Below are positions 32,776 to 42,613 of a stretch of 64,000 bases of DNA, in pieces. The translations under genes were made by a program, and so were the position numbers. Positions within the stretch are counted from its first letter, which is position 1, and each line of letters opens with the position of its first letter. The notes under the pieces were generated by a model. That model did not search any database and was not told the origin of the DNA. It saw only the letters and a program-made list of their open reading frames with translations. This DNA comes from Bryobacterales bacterium (GTDB taxonomy: Bacteria; Acidobacteriota; Terriglobia; Bryobacterales; UBA6623): contig JAJEHF010000065.1 of the NCBI GenBank assembly GCA_022823865.1, forward strand, positions 72,304 through 136,303. The letters run 5' to 3'.

Positions 32776-33171
32776 ATGAAGCGGCCAAAGTTCCAGCGGA
32801 ACAACGTGAAGGTGCGCCGCGTGCGGAAGCCTCCTCCAGGAGTCGACCTTGCCGAGGTGGCCGATTCCTGTTGCTACGTTGGCAGTCCGTACCACAAGGA
32901 TCGTCCGAGCTTTGCCGCGATGCCCCACAGCCGCAGGCCGGACGCCAGCATATGTCCCGGCCATCTGGCGACTCGCCAGGAGCTTGTTCAGGGCTGGCTT
33001 CGCGAAGCGATCAGGTGCGGCCAGGTGGGCGCATGGACCGGCGGTTACCCAAAATACGTTTGGTTCCGCGATGGCGAGACCGTGTACGAGGCACGGCAAG
33101 GATCACCTGGATCGGCCGAGTATCACGGCTACCCGCTTCAGCCCGAGCATGAAGTACGAGGCTTGGCATGA
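32776..33171 (+). CDS. Small basic hypothetical protein, putative nuclease-like toxin
   Basis: YVGSPYHK, ASICP, YPKYVW..VYEAR..EYHGYPL; ATGA-coupled to next gene. Confidence 0.6.
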   Translation: MKRPKFQRNNVKVRRVRKPPPGVDLAEVADSCCYVGSPYHKDRPSFAAMPHSRRPDASICPGHLATRQELVQGWLREAIRCGQVGAWTGGYPKYVWFRDGETVYEARQGSPGSAEYHGYPLQPEHEVRGLA

Positions 33172-34454
33172 GCGTTCAGCTGGACTTCGAGTGGATTGAC
33201 GCGCCACGGTGTCCGGACTGGACGGAGTGGCGAACAATGGCAACCCTCTCAATCGAGGCGGGGACTTCCACAGTTACGTCGGTCCTCGACAATCGCAGTC
33301 ACCTCCATCGCAACCACGTTGTGGTTCCTTTGCTGCACGTAGCAGAGTGGCTCGTCGCGAACTGGTGGCATCTTTGGCACGAATTCGAGGACCGTCGCTT
33401 GCACCGGCCCGGTTTCTCGGCCCGGCACAACCTCGCTACCGCCGGCGACGGGTTTCTCCTGCCCCAACTTGAGATCGTTCCGCTGTCGCGCAGGGTCGAA
33501 TTGCGATGGCAGCGATGGAAGCCGCGTTACTCTCAGATCGAATTCATCGGTGAAGGTGAAATCCGGGTCGAGCGAGCCGAACTTGAGAACCAACTGCGGA
33601 ACATCGTCGATGCCGTCCTCGAACGACTCCGCGAATCCACCGAAGGTGCCGTCGCAAGGGACGCCCTCGAGAGCGCGTGGAACGCCATTCATGATCTAGA
33701 TGCGGATGAGCAGGAGTTCAGCCGTGCCGCAGCGCTGCTAGGGATGGATCCGTTCGACATCGCCGAAGCCGATGCGGGCAGGATTGCCAGATTCTGGGGA
33801 GAGGTCGATCCGGAGATTCGCGAAGAGGCCTTGGCAAGCGCCACCGCGGACACATTGTCCAATGTCCGAACATGGCTGCAGGAGGCCCTCCACAGCCTAG
33901 ATCGACTGCAGGATGATCCCCGCTGGGATGGGCTCAGAGGGGAACTCCAGCTGCCGTCAACGGCCGAGCCGTGGGAGCAGGGCTACGAACTGGCAAGATC
34001 GGCGCGCCAGCGACTGGGGCTGGGCGGTGAACGCATTGATTTCGGGTGCAATGGCACGCCGGCCTGTCACCACGAGGTCGTGGAGCAGCCTTCGAGGTGC
34101 CTCGAAGGACTTGTGGCGGCTCATGGTCCTGCGTGCGTCATCGCCCCTCGATCGGAGAACGGAGCACGGTTCCTGCGCGCTCGGGCGGTCGGGGACTACT
34201 TGAGCCGTTCCGGGCCAGCGGCTGGAATCCTGAACTCGCTGCACACCGAGCGCCAAGCTAGGTCCCGGGCGTTCGCTGCGGAATTCCTTGCGCCGGCCAA
34301 GGCGCTGCGGGCAAGGCTGGGGAGTGAACTCGCAGATGAAGAGATCATTGAGAACCTCGGCGACGAGTTCGGTGTTTCGAGTCACGTCATAGCACACCAA
34401 ATGATCAACCACCAGGTGGGGACACCTCTTCTCGGTGACCTGTATCGGACCTGA
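33168..34454 (+). CDS. ImmA/IrrE (DUF955)-like protein lacking HExxH, with unknown N-terminal domain
   Basis: ARFLRARAVGDYL where RFxxAHExxH is expected, SRAFAAEFLAP, LGDEFGVSSHVIAHQ C-terminal HTH. Confidence 0.75.
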   Translation: MSVQLDFEWIDAPRCPDWTEWRTMATLSIEAGTSTVTSVLDNRSHLHRNHVVVPLLHVAEWLVANWWHLWHEFEDRRLHRPGFSARHNLATAGDGFLLPQLEIVPLSRRVELRWQRWKPRYSQIEFIGEGEIRVERAELENQLRNIVDAVLERLRESTEGAVARDALESAWNAIHDLDADEQEFSRAAALLGMDPFDIAEADAGRIARFWGEVDPEIREEALASATADTLSNVRTWLQEALHSLDRLQDDPRWDGLRGELQLPSTAEPWEQGYELARSARQRLGLGGERIDFGCNGTPACHHEVVEQPSRCLEGLVAAHGPACVIAPRSENGARFLRARAVGDYLSRSGPAAGILNSLHTERQARSRAFAAEFLAPAKALRARLGSELADEEIIENLGDEFGVSSHVIAHQMINHQVGTPLLGDLYRT

Positions 34455-34685
34455 CTGGGAGGGATGGTGTCAGTCGAGCTACCCGCCCGCCGCCAAGTGG
34501 CGACCGTTTCAGACTATGCAGCGCTCGCCCGTACTGGACTGCGCCGGCAGACGACGGCGCTCGCGATGCAAACGCTGCGTGCTCTCTGACCGCGCTCACA
34601 CAGGGGTGCAGACTACCGGATCGTCGACATGATCGCCGCGACAATCCGCAGCCCGCTGTTCCGCGAATCGACGCGTCCAGTCCAC

Positions 34686-36104
34686 ATGACCACTTCAAAG
34701 ATCTGCCTCGCGCTGGCCGCGTGCTTGCTCGCACCAATCCAGACGGTTGCCGCCAAGCCGGACATTCTGTTCATCGCCATCGACGACCTCAACGACTGGG
34801 TCGGCCCGCTGGGCGGTCACCCGCAAGCGAAGACACCCAACATCGACCGCCTTGCCGAGCGGGGGATGACCTTCACGAACGCGCATGTCACGGCACCGCT
34901 GTGCAACCCGTCGCGCGCGTCATTGATGAGCGGGATGCTTCCGTCGTCCTTCGGCGTTTACCTCAACAACCAAGACTGGCGGGAAGCTCCTCTTCTGCAA
35001 GGCAAGCCCGTGCTGCCACGCTTCCTGCAGAGCAACGGCTACCGGACGCTGGGAGGCGGCAAGCTGTTTCATGCCGCGACGCTCATCCCGATACAGTTCT
35101 ACGGCCTGCTGCCGCGGCGCGGCTTCGACGACTACTACCCGGCTCCCAACCGGCAGCTTCCGGACGAGATCCGGCCGATCGGCCGGCCGATCAACAACAA
35201 CCCCGGGTTTATCAGCGGGTTTTTCGACTGGTCGCCGGTGGCCGCCGAGGACAGCGCGATGGGGGACGGCCAAGTCGTCGCGTGGGCAGGCCGTCAATTG
35301 CGAGCGGAGCACGGCAAGCCCCTGTTCCTCGGAGTCGGCATTTACAGGCCGCATATCCCGTGGTACGTGCCGCAGGCCTACTTCGACCAGCATCCGCTCG
35401 ATCGCGTAGAGCTGCCAGCAACGGTGCCGGATGACCTGGACGATGTTCCGGGATCCGAAAGGTACGCCGGGAACCAGAGGGTCCATCGGTGGGTCCTTGA
35501 GACCGGCAATTGGAAGGCGGGGGTTCAGGCGTACCTAGCGAGCATCTCCTTCGCAGACGCGATGGTAGGCCGGCTCCTCGACGCGCTGGATGCGAGCGAT
35601 CGCGCGGAGGAGACCGTGATCGTCCTGTTTTCTGACCACGGCTACCACCTGGGCGAGAAGGGCCAGTGGCGCAAATACACCCTCTGGGAGGACTCGACGC
35701 ATGTCCCGCTGATCGTGCACGCACCGGGGATTACGGAGCCGGGAAGCCGATCTGATGCACCGGTCTCGACGCTGGACATCTATCCGACCCTGGCAGAACT
35801 CGCGGGCCTGGGCCTCCCGGCGCACCTAGAGGGGAACAGCCTGCTACCGCTCCTGCGGGACCCAAGTGCCGAATGGCCTCACAACGCGATCACGACGTAT
35901 CGCTTCGGCAACCACTCCGTGCGAACCCGACGCTACCGCTACATCCGCTACGAGAACGGCGACGAGGAGCTCTACGACCACGACGAAGACCCGCACGAGT
36001 GGCGGAACCTCGCATCGTCGGCCGACCACAGCGACATCAAGGCACGTCTGAAATCCCTGCTCCCGCAGGTCAACATCGAACCGATCACCGCTGCTTGGAG
36101 GTAG
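34686..36104 (+). CDS. Exported sulfatase (iduronate/choline-sulfatase-like)
   Basis: PDILFIAIDDLND, CNPSR (CxPxR), GKLFH, RPHIP, SDHGYHLGEK, ELYD. Confidence 0.93.
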   Translation: MTTSKICLALAACLLAPIQTVAAKPDILFIAIDDLNDWVGPLGGHPQAKTPNIDRLAERGMTFTNAHVTAPLCNPSRASLMSGMLPSSFGVYLNNQDWREAPLLQGKPVLPRFLQSNGYRTLGGGKLFHAATLIPIQFYGLLPRRGFDDYYPAPNRQLPDEIRPIGRPINNNPGFISGFFDWSPVAAEDSAMGDGQVVAWAGRQLRAEHGKPLFLGVGIYRPHIPWYVPQAYFDQHPLDRVELPATVPDDLDDVPGSERYAGNQRVHRWVLETGNWKAGVQAYLASISFADAMVGRLLDALDASDRAEETVIVLFSDHGYHLGEKGQWRKYTLWEDSTHVPLIVHAPGITEPGSRSDAPVSTLDIYPTLAELAGLGLPAHLEGNSLLPLLRDPSAEWPHNAITTYRFGNHSVRTRRYRYIRYENGDEELYDHDEDPHEWRNLASSADHSDIKARLKSLLPQVNIEPITAAWR

Positions 36105-36217
36105 CGCCGGCCAAGCCGGATCATTCGGCGAAGCGCGCGGCTGCTCCCAGCATCCGCTCTCGGCGAAGGATTTGGCACGGGTGACGGCCGGCGTGCGGGC
36201 GGAGTCTGAATCAGGCA

Positions 36218-36246
36218 TTGACAGCGGCAGCGTTGGCCCGTAACCT
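36218..36246 (+). promoter_or_regulatory. Sigma70-type promoter upstream of the enolase-superfamily cluster
   Basis: TTGACA (36218-36223), 17-nt spacer, TAACCT (36241-36246). Confidence 0.65.
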
Positions 36247-36439
36247 GTGATTCCGGAGGGGCGAGGGCGCGCAATGGAGCGAGGAATCGCTCGACCAGCA
36301 TCGGCAACCGCGCCAAGCAGGGCAGGTCGATGGCACGGCCTCGGGCCGGCCAGACGGTCACCGTCGCTATTCGATCACGAATCCCGAAGCGGACCCTAGA
36401 GACTCGAGCCACCCGCCAATGATTAGAGAGCACTGCGGC

Positions 36440-37735
36440 ATGGGCCAACGCGAACATACCGGCACCACGATTTCTCCGCCGATGAGTCGGCGGGATCTTC
36501 TCGGCTTCGCGGCGGTTCTCGCCGGCTCGGCGGCAGCGGCTCCCGCGCAGCAGCAGTGGCCGGTCGAAACCGATCTTGAGATCACGGACGTCCGCGTGGT
36601 GAGGACCCGCCCGAAGAACCCCCTGCCTACCTACGAGCCGACCCCGGGCTCGTACTGGGCGACTCGCGAGGCGGCCCGGCCGATCGAGGTCCATCCCGAG
36701 TACACCGGCAAGCGCGGCCCGGGATCCAAGTGGATGCCGGACCGGTCCCTCGGCGCTGTCACTGTCGAGATCAGCACGAACAAGGGACTGAAGGGCTACG
36801 GCCGGGCCGGCTCCGCCGGGGGCCCCTTCGTCGTTCCTGCCCTCAAGAAGCTGTTGGTCGGCAAGAACCCGCTGGATGTCGAGCGCCTCTGGGACGTGAT
36901 GTGGCGAGCGACGCTGTTCTACGGACGCGCCGGGGCGGTGGTGCACGCGATCAGCGGCGCGGACCTCGCCCTGTGGGATCTGGTCGGCAAGGCATTCGGA
37001 GTCCCTGTCTACGACCTTGTCGGCGGCAGGACTTGGGAGCGCATTCCCTGCTACGCCACCGGGAACGACGTCGAGCAAAGCCTCGAATTCGGCTATACGA
37101 AGGTCAAGCTGGCACTCCAGCACGGCCCGCCCGACGGCCGCGAGGGCCTGAAGAAGAACGTCGAGCACGTCAAGCGGACGCGCGAGCTGGTCGGCCCGGA
37201 CGGCGAGATCATGATCGACTGCTGGATGGCGCTGTCGGAAGCCTACACGATCCAGCTGGCCGAGGAACTGGAACCGTACCGGGTGTACTGGCTGGAAGAG
37301 GTCTTGATGCCGGACGAGTACAAGGGGTTCGGGCGCCTCAACTCCCAGATCACCTCCACGTTCCTGGCGACCGGCGAACACGAGTACACGCGCTACGGTT
37401 TCGGCCGGCTGGCCCATTACGGGGCGGTCGACATCTGGCAGCCGGACATCAACTGGTGCGGCGGCATGAGCGAGATGAAGAAGATCGGCGCCATGGCCCT
37501 GGAGCAAGGGATCCCGGTGATTCCGCACGCAGGCGGCGCTACCGACTGCATCCACTACCTCGCGGCCCAGCCCCAGATGACCTGGGCCGAGACCACGATT
37601 CCCGCTCCGGGCGGCCCGCCGGAGGTCTACGAGATGTTCGCCGAGCAGCGCCTCATGAGCCGCGGGCCTGAGGGTGTGTACATCCAGCCCCCGGAAGAGC
37701 CTGGATTCGGCTGGAATATCGAGGTGGCGGACTGA
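36440..37735 (+). CDS. Enolase-superfamily acid-sugar dehydratase (RhmD-like) with Tat signal
   Basis: SRRDLLG..AxA, AISGADLALWD, IMIDCWMAL, WLEE, TGEHEYTRYGF, WQPDINWCGG, VIPH. Confidence 0.87.
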   Translation: MGQREHTGTTISPPMSRRDLLGFAAVLAGSAAAAPAQQQWPVETDLEITDVRVVRTRPKNPLPTYEPTPGSYWATREAARPIEVHPEYTGKRGPGSKWMPDRSLGAVTVEISTNKGLKGYGRAGSAGGPFVVPALKKLLVGKNPLDVERLWDVMWRATLFYGRAGAVVHAISGADLALWDLVGKAFGVPVYDLVGGRTWERIPCYATGNDVEQSLEFGYTKVKLALQHGPPDGREGLKKNVEHVKRTRELVGPDGEIMIDCWMALSEAYTIQLAEELEPYRVYWLEEVLMPDEYKGFGRLNSQITSTFLATGEHEYTRYGFGRLAHYGAVDIWQPDINWCGGMSEMKKIGAMALEQGIPVIPHAGGATDCIHYLAAQPQMTWAETTIPAPGGPPEVYEMFAEQRLMSRGPEGVYIQPPEEPGFGWNIEVAD

Positions 37736-37780
37736 AACGGGCCCGACACGGCCGACGGCCACTCAAGGGAGGATTTCTCA

Positions 37781-39025
37781 ATGCATCGTCGTAGCTTTCT
37801 GAAGCTGGCACCCCTAGCGGCGGCAGCGCCGCACGCGCTCGCCGCAGCGCCCGTCGTGGAGGACGACCTCGAGATCACCGGCGTGCGCTTGGTGACCATG
37901 CGCCCGACGCGTCCGGTGCCCAGCTACGAGCCGTCGCCGGGATCGTGGTCAACCGGCGGCGTGGAAGTCGCGAACCCAGTCTCGATCTACCCGAAGTACA
38001 AGCCGATGCGCAGCCTGTTCCGCCCTTCCGGGCCGAGGGTTGGGAGCTTCTGGGTCGAGATCGACACCAACAAGGGCGTCAAGGGCTACGGCCCGGGCGG
38101 ACCTGGCGGAGGCGTGATCGTGGAAGATCACCTGACCAGGCTGCTGATGGGCGAGAATCCGCTCGACATTCAGCGGCTGTGGGACATCATGTGGCGCTCG
38201 ACGATGTCGTACGGCCGCAAGGGCGTCACCGTCAACGCGATCTCCGGCGTCGACATCGCACTGTGGGACATCGCCGGCAAGGTGCTGAACGCGCCGGTTT
38301 GGCGGCTTCTGGGCGGCAGGATCCATCCGCGGATCCCGTGCTATTGCACGGGCAACGACATCGAGCAGCACGTGGAGTTCGGCTACACGCGGCTGAAGCT
38401 GGCACTTCCCTACGGGCCCGCCGACGGCAGGCCGGGAATCCGCAAGAACGTCGAACTGGTCAAGCGCGCCCGCGAGGCCGTAGGCCGCGACGGCGACGTG
38501 ATGATGGACTGCTGGATGGCTCTCACGGAGCGGTACACCCTGGAACTGGCCGAGGCCTTCGAGCCGTATAACGTCTACTGGATCGAAGAGGCACTGCCGC
38601 CGGACGACTTCGAGGGCTTCGGCCGGCTGCGCGAGCAGATCACCTCGACCCGGATCGTCACCGGCGAGCATGTCTACACGCGCTACGGCTTCCGGCAGTT
38701 GTTGCGTGTCAACGGGGCAGAGATCTGGCAGCCGGACATCCACTGGTGCGGCGGCATGAGCGAACTGATCAAGATCGCGCACATGGCAGCTGCGCACGAC
38801 ATTCCGGTGATTCCGCACGGCGGGGGCTCGCGCGACTCGGTCCATTTCATCTACGCCACGCCGAACTCGCCGTGGGCCGAGATGTTCATGCCGGCGCCCG
38901 GCGGACCCGACGTGGTGTACGAGCGCTACGAAGAGGACAACAACCTGACGCGGGGGCCGGAGGGGATCTACACGCGTCCCTCCGACGGTCCGGGCTTCGG
39001 CTGGGATCTCGAGCCCGCGGGGTGA
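37781..39025 (+). CDS. Enolase-superfamily acid-sugar dehydratase (RhmD-like) with Tat signal, paralogue
   Basis: HRRSFLK, MMDCWMAL, WIEEALPPDD, TGEH, QPDIHWCGG; SD GGAGG. Confidence 0.87.
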   Translation: MHRRSFLKLAPLAAAAPHALAAAPVVEDDLEITGVRLVTMRPTRPVPSYEPSPGSWSTGGVEVANPVSIYPKYKPMRSLFRPSGPRVGSFWVEIDTNKGVKGYGPGGPGGGVIVEDHLTRLLMGENPLDIQRLWDIMWRSTMSYGRKGVTVNAISGVDIALWDIAGKVLNAPVWRLLGGRIHPRIPCYCTGNDIEQHVEFGYTRLKLALPYGPADGRPGIRKNVELVKRAREAVGRDGDVMMDCWMALTERYTLELAEAFEPYNVYWIEEALPPDDFEGFGRLREQITSTRIVTGEHVYTRYGFRQLLRVNGAEIWQPDIHWCGGMSELIKIAHMAAAHDIPVIPHGGGSRDSVHFIYATPNSPWAEMFMPAPGGPDVVYERYEEDNNLTRGPEGIYTRPSDGPGFGWDLEPAG

Positions 39026-39030
39026 TTTCC

Positions 39031-40263
39031 ATGACCGAGATCAGCCGTCGGCACCTCCTCGGCCGGGCGTCGGCGGCGGCGCTCGGATCTTGCCTGCCGG
39101 CATTCCTTTCGGCACAGCAGCGGAACCGGCAGTCCCGGGTCCGCATCACCAAGGTCGAGACCTTCCGGATCCGCATCCCGCCGGAGGACGGCCAGCCGCC
39201 CGACCCGTTCCGCATCTACGGGTACCAAGTCAATCGCGTCCACACCGATTCCGGGATCGTCGGCACCTCATTCGTCCGGGGCGACACCGAGCTCATCGAG
39301 CGCTGGGCCAAGCCCACGCTCGAGGGCGAGGACCTGTTCGCCGTCGACCGCCACGTCCAGCGGCTCCAGATGCAGCGCGGCGAGTCCGGCGTACAGGGCT
39401 GGTCAGGCGTGGAGCATGCCATGTGGGACGCCATCGGGCGGGCGGCCGGACTGCCGGTGGCGCGACTGCTGGGCGGCTACCGCGACCGCTTGAAGGTGTA
39501 CCGGACCTGCGTGTTCCCGGGCAAGCAGGACCAGTCCGACGTGCCGTACGAAACCCAGGCCGAGTACGCCGTCCGGCTCAAGGAAGCCGGGTACGGGGCC
39601 ATGAAGGTACGCGCCTGGCGGCCCCGGCCGATGGACGACGTGGAGATGCTGGCCATCGCGCGGAAGGCCGTGGGTGAGGACTTCGAAATCATGTTCGACC
39701 GGACGGCGGTCCGCCCGGGATGGGTGTGGGACTACGACACGGCCCTGCAGGTGGCCCGCGGCATGGAGCGCTACAACGCGCGCTGGCTGGAGGAGCCGTT
39801 CGATGGCAACGACCTCGAGAGCCCCGCACGGCTGGCCGCCGAGGTCGACATTCCGATTACCGGAGGAGAGCTCGGCAAGGGCATTCACCAGTTCCTAGCG
39901 TTTCTGACGCACAAGACGTACGACGTGCTCCAGCCGGACACACGCATCTGCGGCGGCATCCTGACCGCCCGGAAGATCAGTATCCTGGCCGAGGCATTCC
40001 ACGTCCCTTGCATCCAGCACGGCACGCAGGGCCTCTCGCTGGCTGGCTACATCCAAGCCGGATGCGCCATGCCGAACTGCGACTACCAAGAGATGATCGG
40101 GCAGCCGAACCTGCCGGATGAGCAGTGGTCGCCGGCGCTGCGGATCCTGCGCACGCCGCATGTCTTCGAGATCGAGGACGGCACCGTGCTACTCCCGGAC
40201 CTGCCCGGACTGGGCCTTGACATCGACGAGGAGGCGATCGAGGAATACCGGGTCCGAGCCTGA
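39031..40263 (+). CDS. Mandelate racemase/MLE family enzyme with Tat signal
   Basis: SRRHLLG, GVEHAMWD, AMKVR, WLEEP, ITGGE, LQPD, LPDLPGLG. Confidence 0.87.
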   Translation: MTEISRRHLLGRASAAALGSCLPAFLSAQQRNRQSRVRITKVETFRIRIPPEDGQPPDPFRIYGYQVNRVHTDSGIVGTSFVRGDTELIERWAKPTLEGEDLFAVDRHVQRLQMQRGESGVQGWSGVEHAMWDAIGRAAGLPVARLLGGYRDRLKVYRTCVFPGKQDQSDVPYETQAEYAVRLKEAGYGAMKVRAWRPRPMDDVEMLAIARKAVGEDFEIMFDRTAVRPGWVWDYDTALQVARGMERYNARWLEEPFDGNDLESPARLAAEVDIPITGGELGKGIHQFLAFLTHKTYDVLQPDTRICGGILTARKISILAEAFHVPCIQHGTQGLSLAGYIQAGCAMPNCDYQEMIGQPNLPDEQWSPALRILRTPHVFEIEDGTVLLPDLPGLGLDIDEEAIEEYRVRA

Positions 40264-40343
40264 CTGGGCGGCAAGCGGCCCCGAGCGATGACAACTGAGC
40301 GGCGAGTCTCGCAATCGCCAGAGCTTGCCAGACCTGATCCGGA

Positions 40344-41162
40344 CTACTTGGGGCGTCGCTTCTGATCAAGCATCCAGGCAATAACTTCGGGGTCTTCGTA
40401 CGTACGTCTTGCGATGGCGTGTCCTACGCCCGCATACTCCGTATAGCGCGGATTGCCGGAGTTGCCTTGGATCGCGGCGACCATTCGTTTGGCCAGAGGC
40501 GCCGTGCTGATGTGGTCCGTTTCGCCCTGAAACAGCCATACGCCCATCCTGGCCAGCACAGGGGCGTCTTCAAGCACGATCGTGGCGGAGCCGGACACCG
40601 CCGCGACGGCGGCAACCCGCTCGGGATGGAGCGCGGCGTATCGGATAGACCCCTCTCCGCCCATCGAAGAGCCAGTGATCACCACTCTGTCCGTGTCGAC
40701 CGCAAATTCCGCGATGACCGCATCAATCAACGAGGTAATGTGATCCTCTGCATCGGGGACCGGATCGCGCCCGTGACGCTCCAGACGCCAGCTGGACTGA
40801 ACGGGGTCCGCTGGCATGGGAGACCAGATTTTGCCCTCCGGGCACCGGGGAAAGGCTACGAGTGCCGGAAACCGATCGGGGTGCTTGCGGACGTGCTGCA
40901 CAAGGGGCTGCCTGTTGAAGCGCTCGGTGAGAGCATTCCCGTTGTTGTCGCCGTTCCCTCCTCCACCATGCAGGAAGACAATCAGCGGCCAGCTCTTCGA
41001 GTCGTCGTAGTCCGGCGGCACATATAGCGCTGCCGTACGCTCCGCGCCCTCCACCGTGAACGCAAAGTTCACGAAGCCCGTGCTGGCGGATTCGTCATCA
41101 GCAGCGTGGGCGCTGGCGCCCATCAACACCAAGAGCAATAGAGCTGTGTACTTGCTTCTCAT
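40344..41162 (-). CDS. Exported alpha/beta hydrolase (predicted peptidase/esterase)
   Basis: Signal peptide, WPLIVFLHG, GSSMGG, WLFQGETD, YTEYAGVGH. Confidence 0.83.
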   Translation of the reverse strand: MRSKYTALLLLVLMGASAHAADDESASTGFVNFAFTVEGAERTAALYVPPDYDDSKSWPLIVFLHGGGGNGDNNGNALTERFNRQPLVQHVRKHPDRFPALVAFPRCPEGKIWSPMPADPVQSSWRLERHGRDPVPDAEDHITSLIDAVIAEFAVDTDRVVITGSSMGGEGSIRYAALHPERVAAVAAVSGSATIVLEDAPVLARMGVWLFQGETDHISTAPLAKRMVAAIQGNSGNPRYTEYAGVGHAIARRTYEDPEVIAWMLDQKRRPK

Positions 41163-41350
41163 GGTTGCCTTTTTGATCGGCCGCCCAGCGTTACCCGACG
41201 CCTTGGTGCCGTGGGAACCCCAATCTAGGTGCTCGTCATTCTACCGCCAGATACGAGAATCCAATTGATGTAATGTACTCGGCAGTCGCAGCGATATCGG
41301 ACGCATGAGCGACCGCAGCGACGATAGGATTGATGCGAGAGGAGGGTGCC

Positions 41351-42514
41351 ATGAAGGTGACAAGGAGAGGTCTGGGGAATGCGGCCCTAGGCGGGGCCGC
41401 GATTGGACTGGCGCCCGCCGCGGCACAGCAGCTGTCCCGCTGGGATCCCTTGGTGCCGGGCACGGAAGCGCCGCGGGCGAAAGAGTGGATGGACCGGCCC
41501 GATACAACGCCCCTGCAGTTGGCGCCGGCAGATCCCTTTGCGCCAGGTGCGGGAATCGGACTCGGGCATCGCTTTCCGCCGCAGCCCGAGCCGGAGGTCT
41601 ATGACTTCTATCGCGCGTCAGGGATCGAATACGGCAGCGTGCTGGCGCGCTTGGGAGAAGTCAACTACGACTGGATGGCTCGCATGAAGGAGCAGATGGA
41701 GGAACGCGGCGTCCGTTTGCTGAACGTGAACGTCGTCGGACTGCATTGCGACCCGGTCATCGTCTTGGGGCTCTCCGGTGTCGAGGAGAAGCTGGACCTT
41801 TACCGTCAGTTCCTGCGCGATGCAGGCAAGGCGGGAATCCCGTACACAACGTACGGGCACATGGCGAACCTGAGACTGCGGTACGGGGTGACGGCGCGCG
41901 TTCCGACCCGCGGGCAGCGGGCGCGCCAGTTTGATGCGAGGGTGGCAAGCAGCTTCCCTCTCTCGCACGACCGCAGATACTCGGAGGACGAGATCTGGAA
42001 GTCATTCACGCGATTTGCGAACGCCGTCGTTCCTGTCGCCGAAGAGGCCGGCGTGCGCATCGGTCTTCATCCTGACGACCCGCCCTTGCCGTCCCTTGGC
42101 GGCGTGGCGCGGGTGTTCCGCAACTACGAGGGCTACAGGCGCGCTCTCGAGATCACCGACAGCCCAAACTTCGGATACTGCTTCTGCATGGGCACGTGGG
42201 CGGAAGGAGGCGAGAGCACGGGCAAGTCGGTGATCGCGATGATCCGAGAGTTCGCGCCCCAGGGAAAGATCTTCAAGGTGCACTTTCGCAACGTGGACGG
42301 GCCCATGCCGCGGTTCACCGAGACCTTCGTCGATGACGGCTACATCGACATGATCGAGGCGCTCAGGGAACTGCGAAGGGCAAACTTTAACGGCGTCATC
42401 GTGCCCGACCATGTCCCGGGAGGGAAGCCCATGGGCGACAGCAACACGGCCTACACGGTGGGCTACATGCGGGCATTGAGGGATGTCATCAACCGTGAGT
42501 TCGCGGAGGGATAA
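41351..42514 (+). CDS. Mannonate dehydratase (UxuA)-family protein with Tat-like signal
   Basis: TRRGLG, PVAEEAGVRIGLHPDDPP, FCMGT, VHFRNV, ETFVDDG, VPDHVP, YTVGYMRAL. Confidence 0.85.
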   Translation: MKVTRRGLGNAALGGAAIGLAPAAAQQLSRWDPLVPGTEAPRAKEWMDRPDTTPLQLAPADPFAPGAGIGLGHRFPPQPEPEVYDFYRASGIEYGSVLARLGEVNYDWMARMKEQMEERGVRLLNVNVVGLHCDPVIVLGLSGVEEKLDLYRQFLRDAGKAGIPYTTYGHMANLRLRYGVTARVPTRGQRARQFDARVASSFPLSHDRRYSEDEIWKSFTRFANAVVPVAEEAGVRIGLHPDDPPLPSLGGVARVFRNYEGYRRALEITDSPNFGYCFCMGTWAEGGESTGKSVIAMIREFAPQGKIFKVHFRNVDGPMPRFTETFVDDGYIDMIEALRELRRANFNGVIVPDHVPGGKPMGDSNTAYTVGYMRALRDVINREFAEG

Positions 42515-42613
42515 CTGCAGGCGGTCGTCCTAGCAGAGCGTTCTCCGCTCCGCCCCTTGAATCCCAAGTCCAAGGCTGCCCGGCTCGCTGCTACGGGGCG
42601 CTATACTCCTGCC

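Noticed and set aside
36250-36330. SAM-I riboswitch (CGGCAACC present)
   Set aside because: Other core elements not found, and downstream genes are unrelated to methionine or sulfur
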